The notes below the pieces were generated by a model that made no database searches, was not told where the DNA came from, and saw only the letters and a program-made list of their open reading frames with translations. Position numbers and translations under genes: made by a program. From positions 6,033 to 70,032 of the forward strand of contig CAYUHG010000001.1 in the NCBI GenBank assembly GCA_964444545.1: a DNA stretch of 64,000 nucleotides, in the 5' to 3' direction. Within the stretch, counting starts at the first letter, position 1; every line of letters starts with the position of its first letter. Below are positions 18,044-28,314 of the stretch, in pieces. This DNA comes from an uncultured Rhizobium sp. (GTDB lineage: Bacteria > Pseudomonadota > Alphaproteobacteria > Rickettsiales > UBA1997).

Positions 18044-18052
18044 ATTTTTCAA

Positions 18053-19150
18053 ATGTCTCTTCAATGTGGAATTGTTGGTTTGCCAAACGTTGGTAAATCA
18101 ACTCTCTTTAATGCGCTTACTCAAACTGCTGCTGCACAGGCTGCCAACTATCCTTTCTGTACCATCGAACCAAATGTAGGAAAGGTTAACGTTCCGGATG
18201 AACGCTGTGATAAACTTTCAAAAATTGCCGGATCGCAAACTATAATTCCCGTACAAATCGAGTTCGTTGACATCGCGGGACTTGTGCGTGGAGCCAGCAA
18301 AGGCGAGGGTTTGGGCAACCAATTTCTTTCTCACATTCGCGAAGTTGATGCAATTATTAATGTCGTTCGTTGCTTCGAAGACGAAAATATTACTCACGTT
18401 GAAGGTGGAGTTGATCCACTACGCGACATTGATTTGATTCAGCTCGAACTTATCATTGCTGACATGGAAAGTTTAGAAAAACGCATTCCAACAATGGAGA
18501 AAAAAGCAAAAACTGAAAAAGATGTTGCCGCTCAAATTGAAATGGCCAAACGCGTTTTAGCAATTTTAAAAGATGGCAAAGCTGCACGTTTAGTGAAGTT
18601 AAATTCTGCTGATGAAGAAAAAATTTTAAAAGGCCTGCAATTAATTACCTCTAAGCCGCAACTTTTTGTTTGTAACTTAAAAGAACACGAACTTGAGGGA
18701 AACAAATATTCTGAAATGGTCGAGAAATTCGGCCGTGAGAATGGTTACAAAGTTCTAAAAATCTGCGCTCAAATCGAAGCCGAAATTGCCAGCTTAGAAA
18801 CTGAAGAAGAGAAAAAAGAATTTTTAGAATCAGTTGGGCTCGCTGAAACCGGCCTTTCTCAGATCATCAGAAATTCTTACGATCTTTTGGAATTAATTAC
18901 TTTCTTCACCGTTGGTCCGAAAGAATGTCACGCTTGGATGTTGAAAAAAGGCTCTTCAGCACCAAAAGCTGCGGGTGTAATTCACACCGATTTTGAAAAA
19001 GGATTTATTCGTGCCGAAACTGTTTCATATTCAGATTACGTAAATTTAAACGGCGAAGAAGGTGCTAAAAATGCAGGCAAGTTAAGACTAGAAGGCAAAG
19101 ATTACATCGTTGCTGATGGCGATGTTTTCCATTTCCGATTTAACGTTTAA
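18053..19150 (+). CDS. ychF: Ribosome-binding ATPase YchF
   Basis: 365 aa. G1 GIVGLPNVGKST, DIAGLVRGAS, and a TGS-like C-terminus ...GKDYIVADGDVFHFRFNV. Confidence 0.95.
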   Translation: MSLQCGIVGLPNVGKSTLFNALTQTAAAQAANYPFCTIEPNVGKVNVPDERCDKLSKIAGSQTIIPVQIEFVDIAGLVRGASKGEGLGNQFLSHIREVDAIINVVRCFEDENITHVEGGVDPLRDIDLIQLELIIADMESLEKRIPTMEKKAKTEKDVAAQIEMAKRVLAILKDGKAARLVKLNSADEEKILKGLQLITSKPQLFVCNLKEHELEGNKYSEMVEKFGRENGYKVLKICAQIEAEIASLETEEEKKEFLESVGLAETGLSQIIRNSYDLLELITFFTVGPKECHAWMLKKGSSAPKAAGVIHTDFEKGFIRAETVSYSDYVNLNGEEGAKNAGKLRLEGKDYIVADGDVFHFRFNV

Positions 19151-19152
19151 AC

Positions 19153-21069
19153 ATGATAAACATGACCCAAAAGTTCAAAAACTCTAAATTAAAATTAAAC
19201 GCTTTCTCAATGATCGAACTGTCGATCGTAATTTTGATCATTGGGATTTTGATCTCAGGGATTCTTGCTTCTAACGCGATTATCAAAAAGTTTAGGATTC
19301 AAACGGCGCAGACCTTAACAATTTCTTCACCAGTTCAGGGAATTCCTGATTCGGTTTTGTGGTTAGAAAGTAGTTTGGATAAAAGTTTTAAAGATTCAGA
19401 AAGTAGTGATACTACCAGTTTGAGCACCTGGTACGATGTTCGTGAGTCGGTGAATAAAAATAACGCGACTCAAAGTAATAGCGCAAATTATCCAACTTAT
19501 TCGAATTCGATTAACAGTATTCACGCCGTGAAGTTTGATGGTACAAACGGCTATTTCAGCGTTGATGGAAGTGTTCTGAACGACACGAATTATACAATTT
19601 TTGTTCTCGAACAAAGGGAAAGTAGTAAGAGTGGAAACTATTTTATCGGCGATTCTTCATCATCAAACGAATCTACAACGAATAAAAACTTAGTTCTGGG
19701 TTACAGCGCTGACGGAACGATAAAGCACTCACAATCTTCAGATAATTCTTACACCTCTTCAATTTCTTCTTACTCATCATCAAACGGAAAGCCACGTGTT
19801 TTCACGTTTGTGCACGACAAATCTGTTGGTAAGAAAACTTACATTAACGGCTTGTTAGCTGCGACTTCGACTGACACGAATAGTTTATCTGGCATGACAA
19901 CTCTTACGATTGGTAAATCATATCAAGGTCAACTTGGTGAAATTGTGATTTTTGCCCGCGCCTTGACAACTGAGGAACGTCAATCGGTTGAAGATTATTT
20001 AGGTAAGAAGTGGAACAGTAAGATTTTAAGATCAGTTGGTTCATCAGCTTCATCTGGAGGAATTGGTGGAAGCTGTGTTGGAGGAACTGTGGGTGATTCA
20101 GGATGTTTAACTGCTTGTACAGTAACCGCTGCGAATGGAATTACTGATACTACAGTTGGTGGTGGATCTGGATCTTTGATTTGCAATACCTCAGCACACT
20201 TTAGCGGTTCTCTGCCTTATACTTGTTTGAATGGGGTGTTCCAATATACCGGTACGACTTCTTGTTCTTGTGCAAGTGGTTATAATTTGGTTAGTGGAGT
20301 TTGTACCCCAATTAATCCAAGTTGTTCTGGAGGTAACACCGTTGATACCACTTCAATGAGCGGATATAAAATTCACGTATTTACCTCATCTGGAACTCTA
20401 ACTTGTACCGCTGGTGGGACTATCCAATATTTGATTGTTGCTGCTGGTGGCGGCGGCGGTTGGGGCGGTGGTGCTGGTGGTGCTGGTGGATTAATTTATA
20501 ACTCAGCAGCCACAATTTCTGCGACTTCTTATTCTATCACAGTCGGCGCTGGTAGTGGCGGCAAGGGCGGCAACTCTGTATTTAATAACATAACTGCTAT
20601 AGGCGGTGGTAATCAATGTGGTACTGGCGGTAGTGGTGGTGGCGGCGGTTATGGTTCTGGATGCTCTGGTGCTGGAACTTCTGGCCAAGGCAATGCCGGA
20701 GGTTCCTGTAACGTTACTAACAGCTGTGGTCAAGGTGGTGGTGGTGGCGGCGGTGCAGGAAGTGCAGGAAGTAACCCAGCCGGTACTTGGTCTGGTGGTA
20801 ACGGCGGTACTGGTTTATATTATGGCAACGTATTTTCTAACAACTATGGCGATAACGGTTGGTTTGCCAGCGGTGGCGGTGGTAGTGGAACTCCTTCTAA
20901 TGGTGGAACGATTGGAACTGCAAGCTCAGGCGGAGGTGGTGCTGGATCAAATTACTCTGGTGGCACAAGATATTCAGGAACCGCTAATACTGGTGGTGGT
21001 GGCGGCGGCGGAAACGGCGCCGGAACCAATGGCGGCTCTGGTATCGTGATAATTCGTTATGCTCAGTAA
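19153..21069 (+). CDS. Prepilin-type N-terminus / LamG-like / Cys-rich EGF-like / glycine-rich C-terminal domain protein
   Basis: 638 aa. Class-III signal-like KLKLNA|FSMIELSIVILIIGILISGIL (Glu at +5). LamG-like block ending GQLGEIVIFARALTTEERQSVEDYLGKKW. A 10-Cys stretch including CSCASGYNLVSGVC. Gly-rich module from YKIHVFTSSGTLTCTAGGTIQYLIVAAGGGGG to GGSGIVIIRYAQ. Confidence 0.7.
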   Translation: MINMTQKFKNSKLKLNAFSMIELSIVILIIGILISGILASNAIIKKFRIQTAQTLTISSPVQGIPDSVLWLESSLDKSFKDSESSDTTSLSTWYDVRESVNKNNATQSNSANYPTYSNSINSIHAVKFDGTNGYFSVDGSVLNDTNYTIFVLEQRESSKSGNYFIGDSSSSNESTTNKNLVLGYSADGTIKHSQSSDNSYTSSISSYSSSNGKPRVFTFVHDKSVGKKTYINGLLAATSTDTNSLSGMTTLTIGKSYQGQLGEIVIFARALTTEERQSVEDYLGKKWNSKILRSVGSSASSGGIGGSCVGGTVGDSGCLTACTVTAANGITDTTVGGGSGSLICNTSAHFSGSLPYTCLNGVFQYTGTTSCSCASGYNLVSGVCTPINPSCSGGNTVDTTSMSGYKIHVFTSSGTLTCTAGGTIQYLIVAAGGGGGWGGGAGGAGGLIYNSAATISATSYSITVGAGSGGKGGNSVFNNITAIGGGNQCGTGGSGGGGGYGSGCSGAGTSGQGNAGGSCNVTNSCGQGGGGGGGAGSAGSNPAGTWSGGNGGTGLYYGNVFSNNYGDNGWFASGGGGSGTPSNGGTIGTASSGGGGAGSNYSGGTRYSGTANTGGGGGGGNGAGTNGGSGIVIIRYAQ

Positions 21070-21075
21070 TAATTT

Positions 21076-21624
21076 ATGAAAAAAATTGAAGAAATAATCC
21101 GTGTCGATCACGCCGGAGAATTTGGCGCTAAAGTCATTTATTCCGGCCAAATTGCGGCGCTGAAATTAAAAAAAGATTATGAAACTTTGAAGTTGGTAGA
21201 GCACATGAAAGAGCAGGAAGATGTGCATTTTGATTACTTCGATTCTGAGATTCGTCGCCAAAAAATTCGCCCGACAATCATGCAACCAATTTGGAAAGTT
21301 GGTGGATTTGCTTTGGGTTTTTTTACAGCGCTAGCGGATAAAAAAGCAGCAATGGCTTGCACCACAGCAGTCGAAGAAGTCATCGACCAACATTATCAAG
21401 AACAGCTCCACTCTCTAGAAAAAGAGGAAGTCTTTTTATACGATAATAAAAGAGAAGAGGTGAGGGAGCTAAAAAACAAAATCGAAAAATTCCGTGCTGA
21501 GGAACTAGAACATCGTGACATCGGTTACGAAAATAAAGCGGCGGAACTTACTTGTTTCACACCGCTTTCACTTTTCATCAAGGCAACAACAAAATTTGCC
21601 ATCGCCGTTTCGAAGAAAATTTAA
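21076..21624 (+). CDS. coq7: Demethoxyubiquinone hydroxylase (COQ7 family)
   Basis: 182 aa di-iron carboxylate protein. RVDHAGEFGA, EQEDVH, and a second E...EELEH motif. Confidence 0.8.
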   Translation: MKKIEEIIRVDHAGEFGAKVIYSGQIAALKLKKDYETLKLVEHMKEQEDVHFDYFDSEIRRQKIRPTIMQPIWKVGGFALGFFTALADKKAAMACTTAVEEVIDQHYQEQLHSLEKEEVFLYDNKREEVRELKNKIEKFRAEELEHRDIGYENKAAELTCFTPLSLFIKATTKFAIAVSKKI

Positions 21625-21634
21625 GTTAATTATC

Positions 21635-21705
21635 TGTCATCCTGAGCGTAGCGAATGATCTCGAGAGTTTGTTTTACGAGATCCTTCGCTACGCTCAGGA
21701 TAACA
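21635..21705. repeat. Hairpin repeat family 1, copy 3
   Basis: TGTCATCCTGAGCGTAGCGAATGATCTCG ... CGAGATCCTTCGCTACGCTCAGGATAACA, between convergent coq7 and ribH. Confidence 0.8.
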
Positions 21706-21715
21706 AGACGTATTT

Positions 21716-22177
21716 TTATTTAGCGCGATTTAGAACTAAATTTTCTCTGTGTTTAATCATTTCTACACAAGTATAAGCTGCAAATCCACCACGATCTTTT
21801 TTAGTCGGATCGGCGCGCTCTAAGGCTTGGGCTTCATTTTCCACAGTAAGAATTCCATTACCAATTGCCAATCTGTCATTCATCGACAAGTTAATCAAAC
21901 CACGGGCACTTTCTTGGCAAACATATTCATAATGCGAAGTTTCACCACGAATCACACAACCCAAAGCAACATAACCATCATACAAATCGTAACTTTTGAA
22001 AATTTTATTTTTCATGTCTTTGCACATTGAAATTATTGTAGGAATTTCAAAAGCTCCCGGAACAGTAATTACTTCGTATCCAACTTTAGCGTTATCAAGT
22101 TCTGCTTTAGCACCTTTAAGCAATAATTCAGAAATTTTTTCGTAGAAAACGGCTTGAACAATTAAGACTTTTTTCAT
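21716..22177 (-). CDS. ribH: 6,7-dimethyl-8-ribityllumazine synthase
   Basis: 153 aa. VPGAFEIP, LGCVIRGETSHYEYV, and a typical RibH C-terminus. Confidence 0.85.
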   Translation of the reverse strand: MKKVLIVQAVFYEKISELLLKGAKAELDNAKVGYEVITVPGAFEIPTIISMCKDMKNKIFKSYDLYDGYVALGCVIRGETSHYEYVCQESARGLINLSMNDRLAIGNGILTVENEAQALERADPTKKDRGGFAAYTCVEMIKHRENLVLNRAK

Positions 22178-22242
22178 TGTGTTTAGATGATTTTTTTTAA
22201 AGAATTTTAAACGTCCTTCAATACTGATAAGCCAAATCTTAA

Positions 22243-22734
22243 ATGTTAAATATTTTTAATCTTTTTTTGTTTCTCTTCGCGCTGTGGATTCTTTTCATGA
22301 TTTCTGCGGGAAATATTTCTTGGCTTTATCTGGTGCTTGGAATCATGTCTTCAGCGCTGGTGTCGATGTTTTCTTACAAGATGAAATTAATCGAAACCAA
22401 AAGCGAATTACTTTATTTAAGCTTCGGATTTTATCGAAGCTTTCTTAAAACTTATTTAGACAATTTTTTCAGCGCGATAAAATTAGTAATTGCTTTGGCG
22501 TACCGCCGGGAACCTTTCAAACCAGTAATTCACGTCGTAACTCTCAATCAAAAATTTCATCCTAACTTAGCACTTTTCACCACCACAATTAATATGACGA
22601 CAGGATTGTTTTGTATTGCAGTTCGTGAAGATGAAATCTTCGTTCACGCCGCTGAAACCGATTATTTCGCTAGATTTGATTTGAGGAAATTAATGGCGCA
22701 ATTAACTCAAGTTAATGACGATAATTTAGTTTAA
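22243..22734 (+). CDS. Small membrane protein, possibly Na+/H+ antiporter subunit E (MnhE/MrpE)-like
   Basis: 163 aa with two N-terminal TM helices. The block LALFTTTINMTTGLFCIAVREDEIFVHA resembles the MrpE ITLTPGT...VH motif. No other mrp genes are adjacent. Confidence 0.4.
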   Translation: MLNIFNLFLFLFALWILFMISAGNISWLYLVLGIMSSALVSMFSYKMKLIETKSELLYLSFGFYRSFLKTYLDNFFSAIKLVIALAYRREPFKPVIHVVTLNQKFHPNLALFTTTINMTTGLFCIAVREDEIFVHAAETDYFARFDLRKLMAQLTQVNDDNLV

Positions 22735-25070
<2,336 letters not shown>

Positions 25071-25081
25071 TCAGATAAATA

Positions 25082-26557
25082 ATGTTTCGAATTTCTGTCA
25101 TCATTTTTTCGCTTTTAGCTCTTTGCGCTCAGGCCGCAATTCCCGACAGTTTGGATCAAATTAATGCCGATCTTTTAGCTAAAAAAGCCAAAGCCGAACC
25201 TTTTAAAGACAAGGATGTAAAAGTTGATTTAGAATCTTTGGGACTTGATGAAATTGATGCCAAAGATGCAAAAATCGCCGCTGAAAATGCTCCGGAAAAA
25301 CCAGCGCCAGTAGTTAATACCTTAACAGCTGAAGACTTACCTGATCCGAAAAAAACCGAGATCAAAAAATCGCAATTAATCGCTCCAACAAAAGAAGAAA
25401 AATCAGTAGCGCCAATCGTTACAATGGAAGATAAAATCAGAGAAGCGCGCAAAAAAATTAAAGTTGAAAGTCCAGCAACATCTAAAGCTGAAAACTCAAT
25501 CAATGATAAATCTGATAAAGATGCTCAAAAAGCTGAGTTACCGACTGAAGTTAAAGCTGCACCTGGTGTAGAAGCGGCGCCAACAGTTGTTACACCATCT
25601 GAAATTAATAAAAATTCTGAACAAAACTCAGTTGAAACAGTCGCGACTAAAAAAGAGTCAAAAGCTAAAGAGGCTTACATAAATTCTCAAAAAAAGCAGA
25701 ATCTAAAAAAACAACTCGCCGCTAAAAAAGCTGCTAAAAAGAAAGCTGAAGAAAATGAAAAGAAGCGTAAAGAGAAATTGAAAAAACTTAATCAATTACG
25801 TGAAAAATACCTTATTAAAATCAACACTGATAAGTCTTTGGATAGCAAGATTCTTGATGAAGATTTATCAGATATCGATGAAAAAATCATACCGCAAAAA
25901 AAGGATATCAATAAATTTGTATCTTACGAAAGACCAGCTCCGCCAATTTTAGATCGTTACAGAAATCGCGAAAATCAAGGAATTCCAATTGTGATCAGCA
26001 GAAAAGAGAAAGCTGATATTTTATTCAGATCAATTGGTCAGGAAGATATATCGTTCTTCAACAGCGCTTACAATGACATCGAAGATCCTAATTTACGCAA
26101 TGATGTCGGAGATACAATTTTAACTTATGCGATTCTTTTACAAAAACGAGAAGTAGTCGCATCAATTTTGGCAAGAGGAGCTGATCCTGACCTGCCAAAC
26201 AAACTAGGTTATACACCTTTGCAAATTACCCTCGAGTCTTTGGATATCGCATCTTTTAATCTCGTAGTAAATGGTGGTGCCGACATTAACGCTGTCGATG
26301 GCTTTGGCAGAACTCCTTTAATGCACGCAGCTCGTCTTGGATTTCTAGCGGCAATTGACATACTAATCAAAAAGGGAGCTGATGTAAATGCTTTGGATTA
26401 TGATGGATTTAACGCTTTAGCTATCGCCAATAAATACCAACAAGATTTGGCCGTAACTCTATTGCTTAAGAATGGCGCTAAACCTTGGGTTGAAAAACCT
26501 TACGATCCAGAATCAGAATCTTTGATTAAACAATTAGACAACAAATGGAGACGATAG
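25082..26557 (+). CDS. Secreted ankyrin-repeat protein with a Lys/Ala/Glu-rich central region
   Basis: 491 aa with signal peptide MFRISVIIFSLLALCAQA. Charged low-complexity middle. C-terminal ANK repeats (GDTILTYA..., GYTPLQIT..., GRTPLMHAARLGFLAAIDILIKKGADVNA, GFNALAIA...). Confidence 0.8.
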   Translation: MFRISVIIFSLLALCAQAAIPDSLDQINADLLAKKAKAEPFKDKDVKVDLESLGLDEIDAKDAKIAAENAPEKPAPVVNTLTAEDLPDPKKTEIKKSQLIAPTKEEKSVAPIVTMEDKIREARKKIKVESPATSKAENSINDKSDKDAQKAELPTEVKAAPGVEAAPTVVTPSEINKNSEQNSVETVATKKESKAKEAYINSQKKQNLKKQLAAKKAAKKKAEENEKKRKEKLKKLNQLREKYLIKINTDKSLDSKILDEDLSDIDEKIIPQKKDINKFVSYERPAPPILDRYRNRENQGIPIVISRKEKADILFRSIGQEDISFFNSAYNDIEDPNLRNDVGDTILTYAILLQKREVVASILARGADPDLPNKLGYTPLQITLESLDIASFNLVVNGGADINAVDGFGRTPLMHAARLGFLAAIDILIKKGADVNALDYDGFNALAIANKYQQDLAVTLLLKNGAKPWVEKPYDPESESLIKQLDNKWRR

Positions 26558-26595
26558 CGATTTTGTTGAAAAATCGGTTAATTTTTTCTGGCAAA

Positions 26596-26615
26596 AATGA
26601 TTTTTAAAAATCATT
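26596..26615. promoter_or_regulatory. Perfect 20-bp palindrome AATGATTTTTAAAAATCATT upstream of the second ankyrin gene (candidate operator)
   Basis: Read directly. A 14-nt half-site copy TTTTTAAAAATCAT recurs at 26697-26710, about 15 nt before the ORF start. Confidence 0.3.
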
Positions 26616-26724
26616 CTCTGCTCGTCAAATTTTGCTGCGTTATTCTTGAAACCAAAATAACTAGCAAATCCTTTACTTTACTGGGCTTAAGTAGCTTTTT
26701 AAAAATCATCAATAAAATCTTTCC

Positions 26725-28314
26725 TTGTTTAAGATTAGGGTAAACAAAACCAAAAGCAGAAAATACTTCTTATTGTCTGTGTTTTTTGCCTGCGCTTCTG
26801 TCTCAGCAATATTGGTGGGAAGTCAGGCATTAATTGCACAGATTAAGAATATTTATAACGAAGATTCCGACCAAATCGCTGGCTTGAACTCTTTGATGTC
26901 AGCGGTCGCGGCTAATGACATCAGTGGTGTTAGATTCTTCAGTAAAGCTGGTGGCTCTCTCATTAATCAAAAAAATATTGGTGGTGCAACAGCACTTCAT
27001 ATAGCTGCACGCGAGAAAAATCTCGATATCACTCAAATGCTGATAGACAACGGCGCCGATGTTAACGTCGCAGATAATGAAGGCTGGACTCCACTAATGC
27101 GTGCCACAATGGCCGGATCATCTGATATAGTTGAACTTCTTTTGAATAAAAATGCCGATGCAACTGCTTTGAACTCAGTTGGCGAATCTGTTATAATTCA
27201 CGCAACTATTTCTAATTGTAATGAATGTCTGGATTTGATGTTTGAAAAGTTCAATTTCATCAAAGCTATGGATGATTCTTCTCTTAGATCACAACTCCAA
27301 GATGCATTCACAATTGCCAGAAATCATGAAAATGAAGAAATTCAAGCCACTTTAGAAAAATATCTCGATCAAGTAGTTAAGCTATCAAACCTAGTAAAAC
27401 CTCAACTTATTGTTGAAGATATTGGCGAAAAAGATATTTCGATTATTGAAGATAATAAGCTTAACCTTGTGACCAAAAATAAAGGCAACAGCAAATTTGA
27501 AGAGAAGAATTTATCTGCAGATAACAATCATATTAAAGGTAAATTTAAGTTTACCGGCGATGCTTCTGGGATTGCTTCGAGTCAAGCAGAGGATGATACG
27601 GTTTATATTATCGATAACAATAAACCATTAAAATCCAAATCAGGAATTACTGACAAAAGAAATAAGTTTGTGTTAATTGTTGGCGCATCAAAAAGCGATC
27701 CTAAAGCTACAACAGATGTAATTACTAAAACATTCAAGCCTAGTGATAGTAATGCTGTATTTTTGAAAAATTCAAAAGTTGATGATACGTCAATTACTGA
27801 TATCTTAAAAAGTAGAAAGTTCAGATTCTCACAAGGCCCTAAGAGCACGGAAGTTGTAAAGAATAACTTCAAAATCGAAGGTGCTAAGTCTGAGGAACCT
27901 AAAGCCTTAAAAACTCAGCCCGAGAATAAATCTGAAGAAACTGCTCCAATTCCTCCGATCGTAAATAGCTTTAAACTTTTAAAAGGCCCAGTTGGCAAAA
28001 AAGACGAACAGCAAAAAACAGATCAGGGAGAAGATATAACTAATAATTCTAAGGCAGTACCAGCATTCATTTTCAAAAAAGAATCAGAGATATCTTCTTA
28101 CGGTTCTATGCCATTGGTCCCAGAAAAAATCACCGCAAAGAAAGAAAGTGCCGAAATTAACAAAGCCGATTTTAAGTTATCCAAAGGAAAAACTCCGGCA
28201 TTTAAAATTTCTGATGATGCCAAAGACATCATTATTGAGAAGAAAAGTTTTAAACTAAAAAAAGGTGAAGCCACAAAATCAGAATCAGATAACTCTAATG
28301 ATGAAATGCACTAA
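26725..28314 (+). CDS. Ankyrin-repeat protein with N-terminal signal/anchor and a repetitive Lys/Ser-rich C-terminal half
   Basis: 529 aa (TTG start in the ORF track, start uncertain). Hydrophobic YFLLSVFFACASVSAILVGSQALIA. ANK repeats (GGATALHIAAREKNLDITQMLIDNGADVNV, GWTPLMRATMAGSSDIVELLLNKNAD). 7-9 copies of an F-[KRI]-[FLI]-x-x-G motif. Confidence 0.75.
   Translation: MFKIRVNKTKSRKYFLLSVFFACASVSAILVGSQALIAQIKNIYNEDSDQIAGLNSLMSAVAANDISGVRFFSKAGGSLINQKNIGGATALHIAAREKNLDITQMLIDNGADVNVADNEGWTPLMRATMAGSSDIVELLLNKNADATALNSVGESVIIHATISNCNECLDLMFEKFNFIKAMDDSSLRSQLQDAFTIARNHENEEIQATLEKYLDQVVKLSNLVKPQLIVEDIGEKDISIIEDNKLNLVTKNKGNSKFEEKNLSADNNHIKGKFKFTGDASGIASSQAEDDTVYIIDNNKPLKSKSGITDKRNKFVLIVGASKSDPKATTDVITKTFKPSDSNAVFLKNSKVDDTSITDILKSRKFRFSQGPKSTEVVKNNFKIEGAKSEEPKALKTQPENKSEETAPIPPIVNSFKLLKGPVGKKDEQQKTDQGEDITNNSKAVPAFIFKKESEISSYGSMPLVPEKITAKKESAEINKADFKLSKGKTPAFKISDDAKDIIIEKKSFKLKKGEATKSESDNSNDEMH

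Noticed and set aside
18028-18052. Reading the recurrent AATCTTAAATC word as CtrA boxes (TTAA-N7-TTAA) or IHF sites
   Set aside because: The spacing between TTAA units varies between copies (3, 5, 8 and 10 nt) and does not fit N7. The match to the IHF consensus WATCAANNNNTTR is inconsistent. No specific regulator can be named from sequence alone.
20606-21049. 147-aa alternative-frame ORF and a 76-aa antisense ORF (20503-20733) inside the glycine-rich region
   Set aside because: They are frame artefacts of GGT/GGC-rich repeats (Val/Ala-rich translation). The main frame is continuous with the upstream LamG-like and prepilin-like parts.
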